A DNA stretch of 60,978 nucleotides, filler included, from Sluysia triapertura (lineage: Eukaryota): the NCBI GenBank assembly GCA_046118255.1. It is 5 parts of 5 records of this genome, joined end to end, with 100 filler letters (N's around TTAATTAATTAA, not from the genome) between each part and the next. Parts side by side here need not be neighbours in the genome. Positions count along the whole stretch, not along the records: positions 1 to 10,824 come from JBJNIA010192984.1; positions 10,925 to 22,457 come from JBJNIA010183646.1; 3 more parts are not named here. One strand, 5' to 3'. Position numbers and translations under genes: made by a program. Shown piece after piece: positions 1 to 11,774 of the stretch. The notes beneath the pieces were generated by a model. The model did not search any database and had not been told where the DNA came from. It worked only from the letters and a program-made list of their open reading frames with translations. The number at the start of each line of letters is the position of its first letter. The stretch's first letter is position 1.

Positions 1-72
<72 letters not shown>
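1..72. repeat. (TAT)n microsatellite
   Basis: Perfect TAT repeat at the contig start. Similar tracts occur at about 5918-5975, 10925-10997, 20170-20221, 36190-36246, 36830-36886 and 48668-48746. Confidence 0.95.
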
Positions 73-73
<1 letters not shown>

Positions 74-74
74 T

Positions 75-700
75 TGCCTATCAAAATTGTATTCAACATC
101 GCTTTGACATATTTGTTCGTAATCCTGGGAACCCACATTTTATTACCACTTCTAAAACCGAGGTAATTATTTTATACTCTATAATTATTTCCAAATCATT
201 ATTATTTCTTCTATTGTTAAAATTATTAACTCTGTCATTTAAACTATTTTCTCTAAACTCATGATTATTTCTATAATAACTTATTCCTCCGTAATTAGAA
301 TTATTATCATATTCGATTTCAAAATTGGGTTTCTAATATAGGTAATTCAATTTTCTTAAAATTCTTAATTTATAATTATCTTCAATATCACTTATATAAC
401 TTATATTATATCGATCTTCGACTCGAGATTTTTTGATTCCTCTTAATTTTTTAACAATATCTTTGAAGTGTAAATTATCAATTAAACTTACATAGGCCTT
501 TAATTTTGGGCGTAAACCTTTTTTAATTTATCAACTAAGACATTTTCTTCTTGTCATCAGGAATATTAAACTATCATATAACTTAAGTTATAATTCATTC
601 AAATCGTAAAAACCCATCAATTTATAACATAAATATATCCTTTTAATCAAATAACTTTTTAAACTTATCAATAATTACTCAACATCAAATGAAAGCTTAT
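75..700 (-). pseudogene. Degenerate gag-like remnant of an LTR retrotransposon
   Basis: The minus strand gives stop-interrupted peptides including KGLRPKLKAYV (gag-like GL.P.I/L motif) followed by an N/R/Y-rich region. Boundaries are approximate. Confidence 0.35.
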
Positions 701-1266
701 CTTATGAAAAATAAACATAACTTATTAAGTACCTATTGGGAAATGAAAAATATTAACTCAAAAAGCTTATACAACTTAGACGTAATTTATTCACATATTC
801 AATGTGACTTAAATTTATCAATAATTTATTATAAATACATTTTAATATATTTATCAGAATATAATTTAGCTTAGCAAATTTAATACTTAAGCTCACTTGA
901 GGCGTTGAAAATATATCTTAATTTAGGAAATTTTATATATGTTAAATTACAACTTAACTTAAAGAATGCAATTTATGTTGTCCCAATTCGGACGCCAATT
1001 TTTTCTTAGTTTTATTTATTCTTAAGCTACAGCAGAATAATTTTTGAGCAAGGATCGTTTACAGCAAACAATTTTCGGCATACAGTGAGAGTTTCCGTAA
1101 CTATAAATGACGACTTCTGACGTGTAGTTAACTTTTATTTTTACAGTTATTTAATGTTAAAACTTCCAATCTACCACTATTCAACAAAAACAAAAATTTT
1201 TTACAAAAGAAAAACTTTGTTGCTCTACTAATTTTAAAAGACAACCAGAAATAGAATAAAATATAT

Positions 1267-1431
1267 TGTTAGACTTCATAAAATGGGCTGATCAGGAATA
1301 GAACCCAGTACCTTCTCGATTCACAGCTGTGCAGTTCGATGCTCTGACGACTGAGCTGTCAGCCCCGTCTAACAATTTTATTTTATTATAGTCAATTATA
1401 CTATCATTATTCTATGGCCGGTACCCCAACA
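1267..1431 (-). mobile_element. tRNA-containing solo LTR (Helenus-like TRIM)
   Basis: Element strand reads TGTTGGGGTA...AGCTCAGTCGTCAGAGC (A box)...GGTTCTATTCC (B box)...CCATTTTATGAAGTCTAACA. It is flanked by a 4-bp duplication ATAT (1263-1266 and 1432-1435). Confidence 0.75.
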
Positions 1432-1824
1432 ATATTATGATTTTAAAATTAAAGAATTTATGGACTTTTAATTTTTTATAACTTGATATTTTGAAAATGG
1501 ATTTTAGCCCTTATTAAATCGGGATTTAAAATTTATGAAATATGTTTTAAGTGTAATTTAAGATTTGTACTCAATGAGTGAAATCGACCTTATAGTAAAA
1601 TAACTTATCGAGAAATTAAAATAATGCATAATTGATTTGATGTGGTTTCTTGAAAGAATCAACCTACAATCATAAAAGTTAATAAATGAAATAAATTAGT
1701 TCGCATCTGATCCGAAATTTACTTAATTAAGGGTTCATTCCCAGGATTTGGATGATCAAAAATAAAACTAGACAAAAATATGGAGGCGCTATTATTTTAT
1801 TAAAGCTATTGAAGACCTAAACTG

Positions 1825-1964
1825 TGTTGGGATAAAAGGCCTAAAGTGCCATTTGGTAAAATTGACTATAATAAAATTGACTATAGCTCAGTGGTAGAGT
1901 ATCGACTACGTAGACAGAGGTCTCGGGTTCGATTCCTGGTCAGTCCATTTTATGAAATCTAACA
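1825..1964 (+). mobile_element. tRNA-containing solo LTR (Helenus-like TRIM)
   Basis: TGTTGGGATA...TAGCTCAGTGGTAGAG (A box)...GGGTTCGATTCC (B box)...CCATTTTATGAAATCTAACA, with a perfect 4-bp TSD ACTG (1821-1824 and 1965-1968). Confidence 0.8.
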
Positions 1965-2718
1965 ACTGTAAATAACAACTCTTACGTATAACTTAGTCGA
2001 AATCTAAATTTAATGTGAGTTTGATAAAAGTCGTTAGACTGTTTATGTCTCATATATTCTAGGTTAAATTTGTACATGATTTTATGATCCTGCGTTAAAA
2101 ATGATCTGAAAAGTATAAATTTATCAGGGTATTTAAACCAGTGTTAAAAATAATTAAATGGTAACTGATTTTAAGTATTTATAACTACGCAAGTTTATTT
2201 CTCATTTAAACGAGAATTAAAATGGGCGCTGAAGTTTGAGTTTTGGGGTAGTGGCAGACAAAATAATTCTTTCAAAAAAACTCAATTAATATTTTTACAC
2301 ACTTATTTCAAGGATAACAAAAAATAATAATGTGTTTTATAATTTAATATAAATTCATTAATACTGAATATTTTAATAATAGTTTACTAGCCTTTTTAAA
2401 CAGGCGAAAAGATTAATTAACAAAATTTAAGTTAATTTTACAGCACCTTAAACGTACTCAAAAATTTAAGGAAAATAAACTAACCTAATCTGAAATAAAT
2501 CAATTATATAAATTGTTGATAATGCAGACTTCAATAATATTGTAGTTATCGAAACAGTAATAATATTTTGTAAAAAAATTTTGCCGAAATATAATCCAGC
2601 AAATGAATTATATTGAATGATTTTTATCAATTAAAAATGTTAATTTGAATTTATATTTATGATAATAAGTTATTTGTAACGTTTTAATTATGTTTAATTC
2701 AATTAATCGTTAATTGAA

Positions 2719-3738
2719 TTAATTTATAAAAGTTATAACTTTTATTACATTTTTAATAAGCTTTGATTTATTTTCACTGTAAAGGAAGTAAAAAATTTCA
2801 GTACACAACTCATTACCATACACAAAAATTTTAGAATTTGATTTCATGTTTTGTTTATTTTCAATGTATTCCCGAACATGTTTTGTCTTCGAATCTTCAA
2901 CGATACTAAAATTATAAAAATGATAAATTTTATCAGTAATAATGATAATGAAATCAAGGTTGTCAAAAAAATTAATTACTTTCAAATAATATTCATGAAT
3001 AAAATAATGAACGAAGACCATTTTCATAGTTGCTTGTCTTGTTGATTCCAGAATATTATTACCTTTTGATTTCCTTTGAAGATCATTTTGCCATTTAACA
3101 AGAAAATCTATTAGCGTGCTTGTAATAAAAGTGTTATCCTGTTTACTAAAATTTACGTTTCGACAACTATTTAATTCTTTATTTAATTTCTCTGGATATG
3201 ACATAGAGCAAGAGACTAAAATTTCAAGTGGAACTGTTGTCATGTACATAAATATACTGAATGATCTTACGTACTCTTTATGGTTGAACAGCGTTCTTGC
3301 ATAACGATGATTACTATTTAATTTTACTTTCGTGTCTTCAGCAAGTAAATATGCTAATTTTACTAACGTCAAAGCTAACTCGACATTATCATATAGTGGA
3401 TAAACTTGAACTAATTGTAAACCTGAAGTATTATATATTCGATCTCTGTAACGACAAATAGAATTACAACTATTGCTTAAACTTAACATTTGCATGAGTA
3501 TAGATGATGAATACGTACACTTCCAAGTTCCATCATTCACTACACTAACATGTTCATCTATAAATTTAACAGGTTCCTTGATTTTAAAGCCAGGAAATTC
3601 AGATATTTGGACGATTGATGTTGAAATGTAAACGAAAACGTATTTTGTTTGCGTCCCCATAAAAACATAATTATAAAATGATTTAATAAATTCAGGTTCA
3701 TCGAGGATTCGTAACTCATAATGCAATTCTTTTTTCAA
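2719..3738 (-). CDS. 339-aa intronless ORF of unknown function, probably the 3' part of a frameshifted cargo gene
   Basis: Long stop-free frame in very AT-rich DNA, with no family recognised. Collinear with the upstream fragments 3751-3948 and 3891-4274. Confidence 0.55.
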   Translation of the reverse strand: MKKELHYELRILDEPEFIKSFYNYVFMGTQTKYVFVYISTSIVQISEFPGFKIKEPVKFIDEHVSVVNDGTWKCTYSSSILMQMLSLSNSCNSICRYRDRIYNTSGLQLVQVYPLYDNVELALTLVKLAYLLAEDTKVKLNSNHRYARTLFNHKEYVRSFSIFMYMTTVPLEILVSCSMSYPEKLNKELNSCRNVNFSKQDNTFITSTLIDFLVKWQNDLQRKSKGNNILESTRQATMKMVFVHYFIHEYYLKVINFFDNLDFIIIITDKIYHFYNFSIVEDSKTKHVREYIENKQNMKSNSKIFVYGNELCTEIFYFLYSENKSKLIKNVIKVITFIN

Positions 3739-3750
3739 TTTTTCTTGGTT

Positions 3751-4274
3751 TCAATGAAAATTGATTAGTTTTACTAAAGAAGCAATACGATTTCGTACTA
3801 ATTGTTCTTGATTGGCCGTTCTATCGTTAATCGTTGGTTGTGATAGCATCTTGTTACTCAATTGATGATACTTTGTTTCCGAGTTGGATTTCATATAAAA
3901 TGAATCAATAGGTAATTCTCGGATATTGTAAAAAAATTGGACATGCACTTTATATTATTGATGATAGAAATAAGTCTAAGATAATTTGTTCTACATATAA
4001 TTATTTTGTCGTGACGAAGAACCAAAATCAATTTAATATCTTGCATCACTGCCTTTTGAAGACTAACATTTTTTACCATGTAACAAAAATCAAACACATC
4101 TTTTACCTCATGATATTCTGGTAGCTCCGATAAAATGTGAATTATATTATATGAAATAGAATACATAAATGTTGGTCCCTGTTTAGTCCCAACAATTAAT
4201 TTATATCCAATAATATTTTGATAATCATCTACTATTTCCACTCGTTTGGTAATAATTTTCGCAAAACACTTCAC
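3751..4274 (-). pseudogene. Frameshifted 5' fragments of the copy A cargo gene
   Basis: Overlapping ORFs of 127 aa and 65 aa abut the 339-aa ORF on the same strand. Confidence 0.5.
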
Positions 4275-5914
4275 ATTTAATTTTATTCAACTACACTATT
4301 TCAGTATGACAATTCTTAAATTACTCCAGTGATTTACCTTCTTTTATTAATAATTTTGTTTTTTGCTATTACCTGAACTTTTGCAATTTTTAAAATTTTT
4401 TGTTCTCCAATTTCGTCTCCATCACTCAAGTTGACGATGACAAAGTTTATACAATTTCACTGGTTGTTCAACTAGGACAAGTAAAAATGTTGTGCACAAC
4501 AGAATCGTTTGATAACCAACTATCAGTAATGACAGTGTGTGATATACAAAGATTAATGATGTGATTACTGATAGTGGTAAATACTAAAATTCACTATTAT
4601 TGACATTGATTGTGATAATGAAATGATAATTAAAAATAGTGAATTATTCACTAAAAATGTGAAATATAAAAATGTATAAAAATTTGTGAGAAAATAAATG
4701 TTAAATAAATAAAACATAAATCCTCTTTGTTTCTATATACATGATCTTTCTGTTATTTCTTTTATTTCTTACATATATTTTGAATCTTAATATCTATAGA
4801 AATCTTAAAGGCTAAATATTTAAAGGAATGTTTAGATAGAGTTGTTTTTAGGTGATATTGGAGACTGTGTATAGTAGGGCTATGAGTTTGAAATGTTTTG
4901 GATTAGATTGGAGTGTTACGAAATAATGAACAAAGTGTTTTAAGTGAAATTTAATATGTATTGATGGTATGAATTGGACATATTTTGAGAAGTTGTGGTA
5001 AGGTTTTATTAAAAGTAAAGGAGACAAAATATGAAAAGGTTTAGATGTAAAAGTCGTTGAAATGTTATGGAATGTAGTTTTCCATGGGAAATGTTAAATT
5101 AATTATTTTTAATGTTTCTATTCATTTTTGAAGTGATGTTTGATGGTTTCAGATGATGGGTATTTTTTGGATGATATAGAACTTTATGTCCGAAATGTTT
5201 GAAAGTGAAAAAATGTGAAATATTGTGAAATGTGGTTTTGTTCAAAGGAAAAAAAATAAAATTTGTTAAAAGTTATAGGTTGGCTACCACAATGAATTCA
5301 AAGGTTTATTAATATCTTTACTTTGTTTTTAACCTTTCTAAAAATGGCTAATTGATGGAAATGATCAAATGAGTTACACAAAATTTTTATTGGATACAAT
5401 TAAAGATGGGAAGTACATAGAAATACTATTTGTAATTTACTAAATTAAAGCTATTAAGTCTTTAATTAAATTTGTGTTTGATTTTGTAAATATTTTATCA
5501 GCCTATTTAAAATGGTGTTTTGAAATTTATTAGGTGAATTTAAGTCAATTTTAACCCTTTGAAAACTTACAGCTAAAAACCCAATGTATGTACTATTTTA
5601 ACAAAATTTCGAAATTTGAATATCACTATTAAATTCGAATTGGACTTGAAATTCGATAATAAAATTGTCGAATGGTTAAATTCTTAATAAAATTCGGTAC
5701 TACTGCAGAAAAAGTGCGGTAAAATTTACAATTTGATTGATTAAACTTTTTATACAGTGAAATAATCGTAATAAATTAGACAGCGATTATTTGTGAACAC
5801 ATTTTACATGCTAAAAATACATTGAGCTAACTTATGATTGTAATTATAATCACTGTACTATTTATAGTGCATTACTTGGCACTGAGCCAAATAACACATC
5901 TTCATTTTCAATGG

Positions 5915-5976
<62 letters not shown>

Positions 5977-6231
5977 GCATTATTATAATTTGTGCATTAT
6001 TATCCGGACCTAAATGTCAACCTAGACAGTCATAAAGAAACATTATACCTTTTCTATTGAACAATTCAATCATTTTCTTGCGCCAGCATTGTTTTAGATG
6101 TTTCATCCTTTATTAAAAGTACCATTTTAAGCTAATATGTAAAACTTAGTTTAATAAAGATTTGAAAATGAACTAAATCCATTTATTTAAAAGATCAAGT
6201 AACAAAATAGGTATTTTTGTATGTGTACGTT

Positions 6232-6366
6232 TTACATTATTATGCAAACTTCACTACCACCAGCTTCCTCATTGTCTTTTCTAGTTATAGTTATCATAGC
6301 TAGATTTGAATCGCCAGATTTCATCGAATTACGATGATCGTAGTACCTTTTACTAGTTATTGCAGC
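6232..6366 (-). CDS. Terminal exon of an unidentified protein ending in a CaaX motif (...GGSEVCIIM*)
   Basis: Acceptor TTTGTCTCATTCAG, then 44 codons AAITSKRYYDHRNSMKSGDSNLAMITITRKDNEEAGGSEVCIIM and TAA. Confidence 0.65.
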   Translation of the reverse strand, partial: AAITSKRYYDHRNSMKSGDSNLAMITITRKDNEEAGGSEVCIIM

Positions 6367-6785
6367 CTGAATGAGACAAAATTATTTTACATTACAATGC
6401 AATTTTTGACTTTCGATGTAATAAGCATACTTTTATAGGGTGATTCTCCGGATCTAACCTTTCTAAAAGTGGTCTTATCACATCAATAAAAAATGTAAAA
6501 GATTAAATGGAACATTTATATTTTTAAAAGAAAAAATGTGATATTTTATTAAAAATTGCTCAAATTTCTATCATTGCTTTTTAAACAAAGTTTACATAAT
6601 TCAATTTCACTGCAAATACTAGCTTTTGGTTATTAAAAAACGTCAGAAATCTAGAACCTTATTTCGTTTGTGAAGTCTTTATTGATTCCATTTTAAAAAG
6701 TATATTGTTCGAATACATGCGTCTTATGTTGCTAAACAATTATTGAACCGGATTTAGATATCCTGATTATAATTCTAAAGAAAGA

Positions 6786-7060
6786 CAATCAATCCTGAGT
6801 TCCACAAGCAAACACTCTCTCACACAAATTATCAAAACCTTTTTGAGAATTAGACAGGCAATAACAACTTTATCAAACTTTATTATGTACAAAACAACTA
6901 TTATTTTCTTCTACTCTATTTGATCTATATTTACTTAAATTACTTGTCGCATTAAAATAACAATCAATAATATTGTTAACATACATAAAAATAATGAATT
7001 TAATTTTACTTTTTAGAATTTAATTGATTCTAATGAAAAATGTTTAAGGTTCTTGCTCAC
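6786..7060. repeat. Interspersed C/A-rich repeat, also at 33212-33555
   Basis: Shares TCTCTCACACAAAT, CAATAACAACTTT, CATTAAAATAACAATCAA and TGTTAACATACATAAAAATAATGAATTTAATTT with the contig 3 copy. Confidence 0.75.
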
Positions 7061-7993
7061 AAGTAAACCACTCTACAAACATTCCAAACTCACTTCTAGA
7101 TTCTACATTTTTATAGCAATCATCTCATATTCAGTTCATTACCTTTTCATAATTAAGAATTAATTAAAATTTGACTTTGCTCAATATTAAGGCTTTCTTT
7201 GCATGAACTCAGTAAACCATGCCTTCATCGAAAAGTCTTTTAAAACAAATATCAATAACAATGATTTTATTTTTCAAATATTTTAAAGATTTTAAATACT
7301 CCATAATATTTCTCGAAGGTCTTAGATACTTATCAAGGTTTCAAGAATACTTAAAGATTAATAAAATCTCAGATGATCTCAAGGTTCAAAGTTCAAAGTT
7401 GCATCAATACATTTAGATATTCTCCAAATCCATCGCAAACCTCCACAATATCTCAACACCCTATACAGGTCTTTGGAACTCAAAGGTATTCTTCAACTCT
7501 CAGCACAACTGTAATTGTTTCCATCTTCATCATTTGGTATTAATTTATAAAAAGAAATTGAAGGTATTTTGACAAATTTCACCAATTATATTTCTGCTTC
7601 TTCAGCAAAAGTATCTTTAAGTTGTTTAAATGTTCCTTGTCTTCTTTTATTAAATTCACTTTTTAAGAATTTCCATATCTGGAAATGTGGCAGCCAATAA
7701 ATATTGATTAGATCTATCCAATCATATTTGAGAAAAGTTTCATTAAAAAATTAACGATTAGTAGGATACATTCCCATTAAATTTATATAACTCTATTCTT
7801 ATTATGCTTATAATATGCAAATTATAATCTCTGTACTAACAGGCATATTTAATTTAAAATAATAAATTAATAAAAAATAAAAAAAGCAAAATAATTTTTT
7901 ATGAAATTTTAATAAACTATTTGTATTTTTCAATTTGTATTAAAGCACATTAAAATTTAATAAAAAATAAGCCTATAGTATAAAATATATAAC

Positions 7994-8122
7994 CTTTCCA
8001 ATTATATTGGCCATAATTTTAAATTTATTGCTAGAAGTGAAGGCCAATGATGCAACTGATTTATAGAATGGATCAAATTCTTGTTCACTAGAAGGTTTAC
8101 TTGCCCATTCAATACACAGTTG
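7994..8122 (-). CDS. Internal exon (QLCIEWASKPSSEQEFDPFYKSVASLAFTSSNKFKIMANIIGK), probably of the CaaX gene
   Basis: 129 nt, stop-free, TTTATGTAG acceptor and GTTATA donor. Phase 0/0 is compatible with exon 6232-6366. Confidence 0.6.
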
Positions 8123-10824
8123 CTACATAAAATATATTAAACATAAAAATATTGATTTTTTATGTGTAAATTTCAAAATTCATTTTTTCCTAATAAAAAA
8201 TTGATTTATATTTATCAATTGATTATCATTTGTGTACAAAAACGTAAAATTAATCTTGATGCCAGAAAGAAAAATATTTTAAAAATTTTTGACTAAATAA
8301 TGAATTCTTTCTAATTTTTGTAAATATATTAGTCGACTAAAAAACAAATAAATTTATAAATATAATGTATATTATTTAACATTGGGTATAATTTTATAAT
8401 ATAATTAAAAATAAAGCATTAAATGAAACATTTTTGTTTACTCTACCTATTTTATACTACAAAACCGAAATCCCAAAACTCTCATAATGTTTATCTTCAA
8501 ATAAATAAAACAGTCCACTCATTAATACATATTCCTCATCATCATCAAGTATCTCAGTAGTCACATTTCATAATCTTTCGAAAATATCAAGATCTTAGAA
8601 ATTATTTTTCCATCACAAATTTCTCAGTTTAGTACGTAACATTTACAAAAAGAACAAAAATATTCATCAATTTGTTCGCTACATTGACCTTACATCTTTC
8701 AGTGATTGGCAAAAGTTTAGCAATATTAAGAGTCATAATGAAAAATATAAAATGATTTAATATGCTAAGTAACCAAAGAGTTTGCAGCATTTCCAGCGTT
8801 ATGACATATGTAATTATTCTTACGTATTCTGAAACTGTATATTACTTAAAAGTAAAGATTGTATTAAGTTTAAATGGTATCAAAATTAATGAAAATATCT
8901 GACAAAATGATATTAAAGTTTATAAAGAAAAGAAGTGTAAAACTCATCAAAGTTTAATTTTAATTTTAAGCAAAACAAGAAAGAAGCTGCACTTTATTCT
9001 ACAATATGGGTTGTTTACAAGATTATTATTATTATTATTATTATTAATTAATTAATTAATTAATTAAATGTGTAAAAATCAAAGATCAAATGTATGACAA
9101 TTTAACAATATTTGATTTTTCACCGGATCTATCGAATAAACATCACGATTGATGGACAATTCACTTCAACCCGCTAATTTGACTCATTCTCAATCGCCAA
9201 AATCATTATTAAAAATCTCTATATATGAAAAATATACTCATGAATACAAAAGAAAATTGTAAATATAATTTTATGCAAAGACTGTAATGAATTTCCGCAT
9301 ATTAAGATCGATGTTGAACATAATAAGAATTCTACTAAGATAAAGTATAGAGCTAGAAAAATGTCAGACAGTCAAGTTTATTGTCGGTTATATGTATCTT
9401 CGCAGAAAAGTGTTTGTACACATAAGAACTTTTTATATCATTTTATATAGAGTAACAAAGTTTACTATTATTAATTTGTGGGGGCCCAAAACATCACCTA
9501 TGATTTCATTCCATCAAAAAATATGTCAATAATGATGGTAAATGGTTAAATTATGAAATTTTACGTTGAAGTCAAAGCAACGAGATGTAAGATGTACTGA
9601 ATGTTTCATAAATTAGTAAAAGTTTTACAGGTATAGTAAGTGTTATGTAATAGTATATGTTGAATATGCTTTAATGCATATAAAATCATAGTAATGTTTT
9701 TGGCCGCCGCATAATCAAAGATTTATTTTTGTTTATGGATCATTTTGAATTTAGGATAAAAACAATAAAATTTGCAAATGTTTCTTACAAACTTATTAAT
9801 TTTACATTTTGAAAGATTGATTTAAACCGACCTTAAGTTCAAATATTCTGAAAAAATATAGTTACAGAATTTTGAGATAACTTATTTTAGAAATTATTAA
9901 CTAAAGACAACCTTAGTCTCAACATTGTATTGCAATTAATTATATTAATTACACTGAACGCTCTCCATGGTGATATGACTGAACTAAATTGTCTAAATTC
10001 TAATTTCATTGATAATTTAACACCAAGTTTATTAATAAAAAAATGTCAAAAATTAGATCATAACATATTACCACAGAATGGTACCAATATATCATACAAA
10101 ATTGGGACTGGCATACAACACAAAATCTTTAGATTATCTTAGTATTTTTATTTTTTTAAATTTTTAGTTCATTAATTTTTGCTTAATTTTAAAAGATTAA
10201 TTACAGTATATAAATGATCAGATCTAATTTTCATTATAACTAATCAAATTCATAAATAAAATATTTTAAGTTTTATTTTTAGAAATATTTATGAATAAAT
10301 ATTAAAATAAGACATGTTTGATCTATACGAAGAATATTTAAATAATTTAAATAATAATAATAATTATTATTATTATAATCGAATAAGCACCTAGGAAAAT
10401 TAACTGTGTTGTTAAACAAATAAATCATAAAAATTTACATTTCATAAGAAAACATAGGAATCTTATTAACAATTGATGAATACATTTGGCTTAATTAAAG
10501 TACAATTAAAACAGGATAAATTACTAAAGACGTCAGTTTATAAAGAGAATCCTCAGTACAATTTGTGTTTAAGGGTACTTAGCGTAAGGTGAGCTCTCGT
10601 TTTGGCGTAAATAAAGTATAAAAACAATCGCAAATACTGAATATTATAATAATACTTAATTTTTAATTTGAGTATAAACTTGGTATAATATACTTCTTTT
10701 CATAAAAATAACTTTTGATACAATGTGTCATATGTCTATTTCAACATTATTAACCCTTTCAGCCCCGAATTTTTTTTCCTTAAGATATATGGTGATTTAT
10801 TGTCTTTATAGATGATGATTTAGG

Positions 10825-10924
10825 NNNNNNNNNNNNNNNNNNNNNNNNNNNNNNNNNNNNNNNNNNNNTTAATTAATTAANNNNNNNNNNNNNNNNNNNN
10901 NNNNNNNNNNNNNNNNNNNNNNNN
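10825..10924. other. Artificial contig linker
   Basis: N44-TTAATTAATTAA-N44, which places stops in all six frames. Confidence 0.95.
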
Positions 10925-10997
<73 letters not shown>

Positions 10998-11329
10998 GAT
11001 TGAATCATATCTAGTGCGTTTTAAAAGTTTGTACGCATCTATAATACATTTCATTTTGTGTACTGTTATGTTTATCTGTACGATTTTTAAATGAGCGAAT
11101 AATAATTTTATTTTTTATTTTCATTTCCATAAATGCAGTAATAGAGCTGTCTTGGTCACCTTTCAAAAGCATGCATTAATGAACATATGTCATTCGCTAT
11201 TTCTTTGGAGAGGTGAAAGTTTCATTTTTACTGGAAATAAATTAAATTAAATTATTTGAAATTAGTACTTGAGTTATACATAATGTTATGATATTTTCAA
11301 AAATAAATTAAAAATTTTACTAATTTCAG

Positions 11330-11527
11330 AACGGCTTGAATGCATTGCATATTGCTAGTAAAGAGGGATTAGTAGATTTAGTGCGCGTATTACTTGAGCG
11401 TGGAGCAGATGTAAATACTGCTACAAATAAAGGTAATACAGCTTTACATATTGCAAGTTTGGCTGGGAAAGCTGATGTTGTTAATGTATTGATAGAAGCC
11501 GGTGCTAAAGTTAATGTTCAATCTCAG
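11330..11527 (+). CDS. ANK: Ankyrin exon (two ANK repeats of the membrane-binding domain)
   Basis: TTTCAG acceptor, [13 protein letters not shown]...[13 protein letters not shown]...VNVQSQ, GT donor. The 198-nt exon matches canonical ankyrin repeats 2-3. Confidence 0.92.
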
Positions 11528-11665
11528 GTTTTACAATTATGAAATTGTTTTATTAAACTGTTTCTTAAATTAATTTGATTTAAAACTTAACTCTGTTTAT
11601 TGTCATTACTAATCTTCAAAATATTTTACAAATCGAAATGTGCTTTTTTATTACAAAAAACCAAT

Positions 11666-11774
11666 TGTTAAAGTGGAATGACCAGGATTGGAACCAGGGA
11701 GATTTTGCTACGCAGCCAGTTGCTTTCTTTCTCTGAGCTATGAGCATCGTCTTAATACTTTCAATACCCCAACA
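11666..11774 (-). mobile_element. Diverged tRNA-containing solo LTR (Helenus-like)
   Basis: Element strand TGTTGGGGTA...TAGCTCAG...GGTTCCAATCCTGGTCA...TTAACA. The TSD is not preserved. Confidence 0.6.

Larger units (their letters stand above)
2247..5291 (+). mobile_element. Giant LTR-like unit, copy A, with antisense cargo
   Basis: Ends AATAAA...GTTGGCTACCACA (5291). Contains ACATGATCTTTC (4739), CTTACATATA (about 4768), ATCAGTAAT (4522) and a G/T-rich tract at 4830-5270. Putative left end is GTAGTGGC at 2248 (inverse of the family terminus) after a G run. The left boundary is inferred. Confidence 0.6.

Noticed and set aside
1878-1950. Functional tRNA gene
   Set aside because: The acceptor and anticodon stems are degenerate and vary between copies, and the sequence is embedded in TSD-flanked elements.
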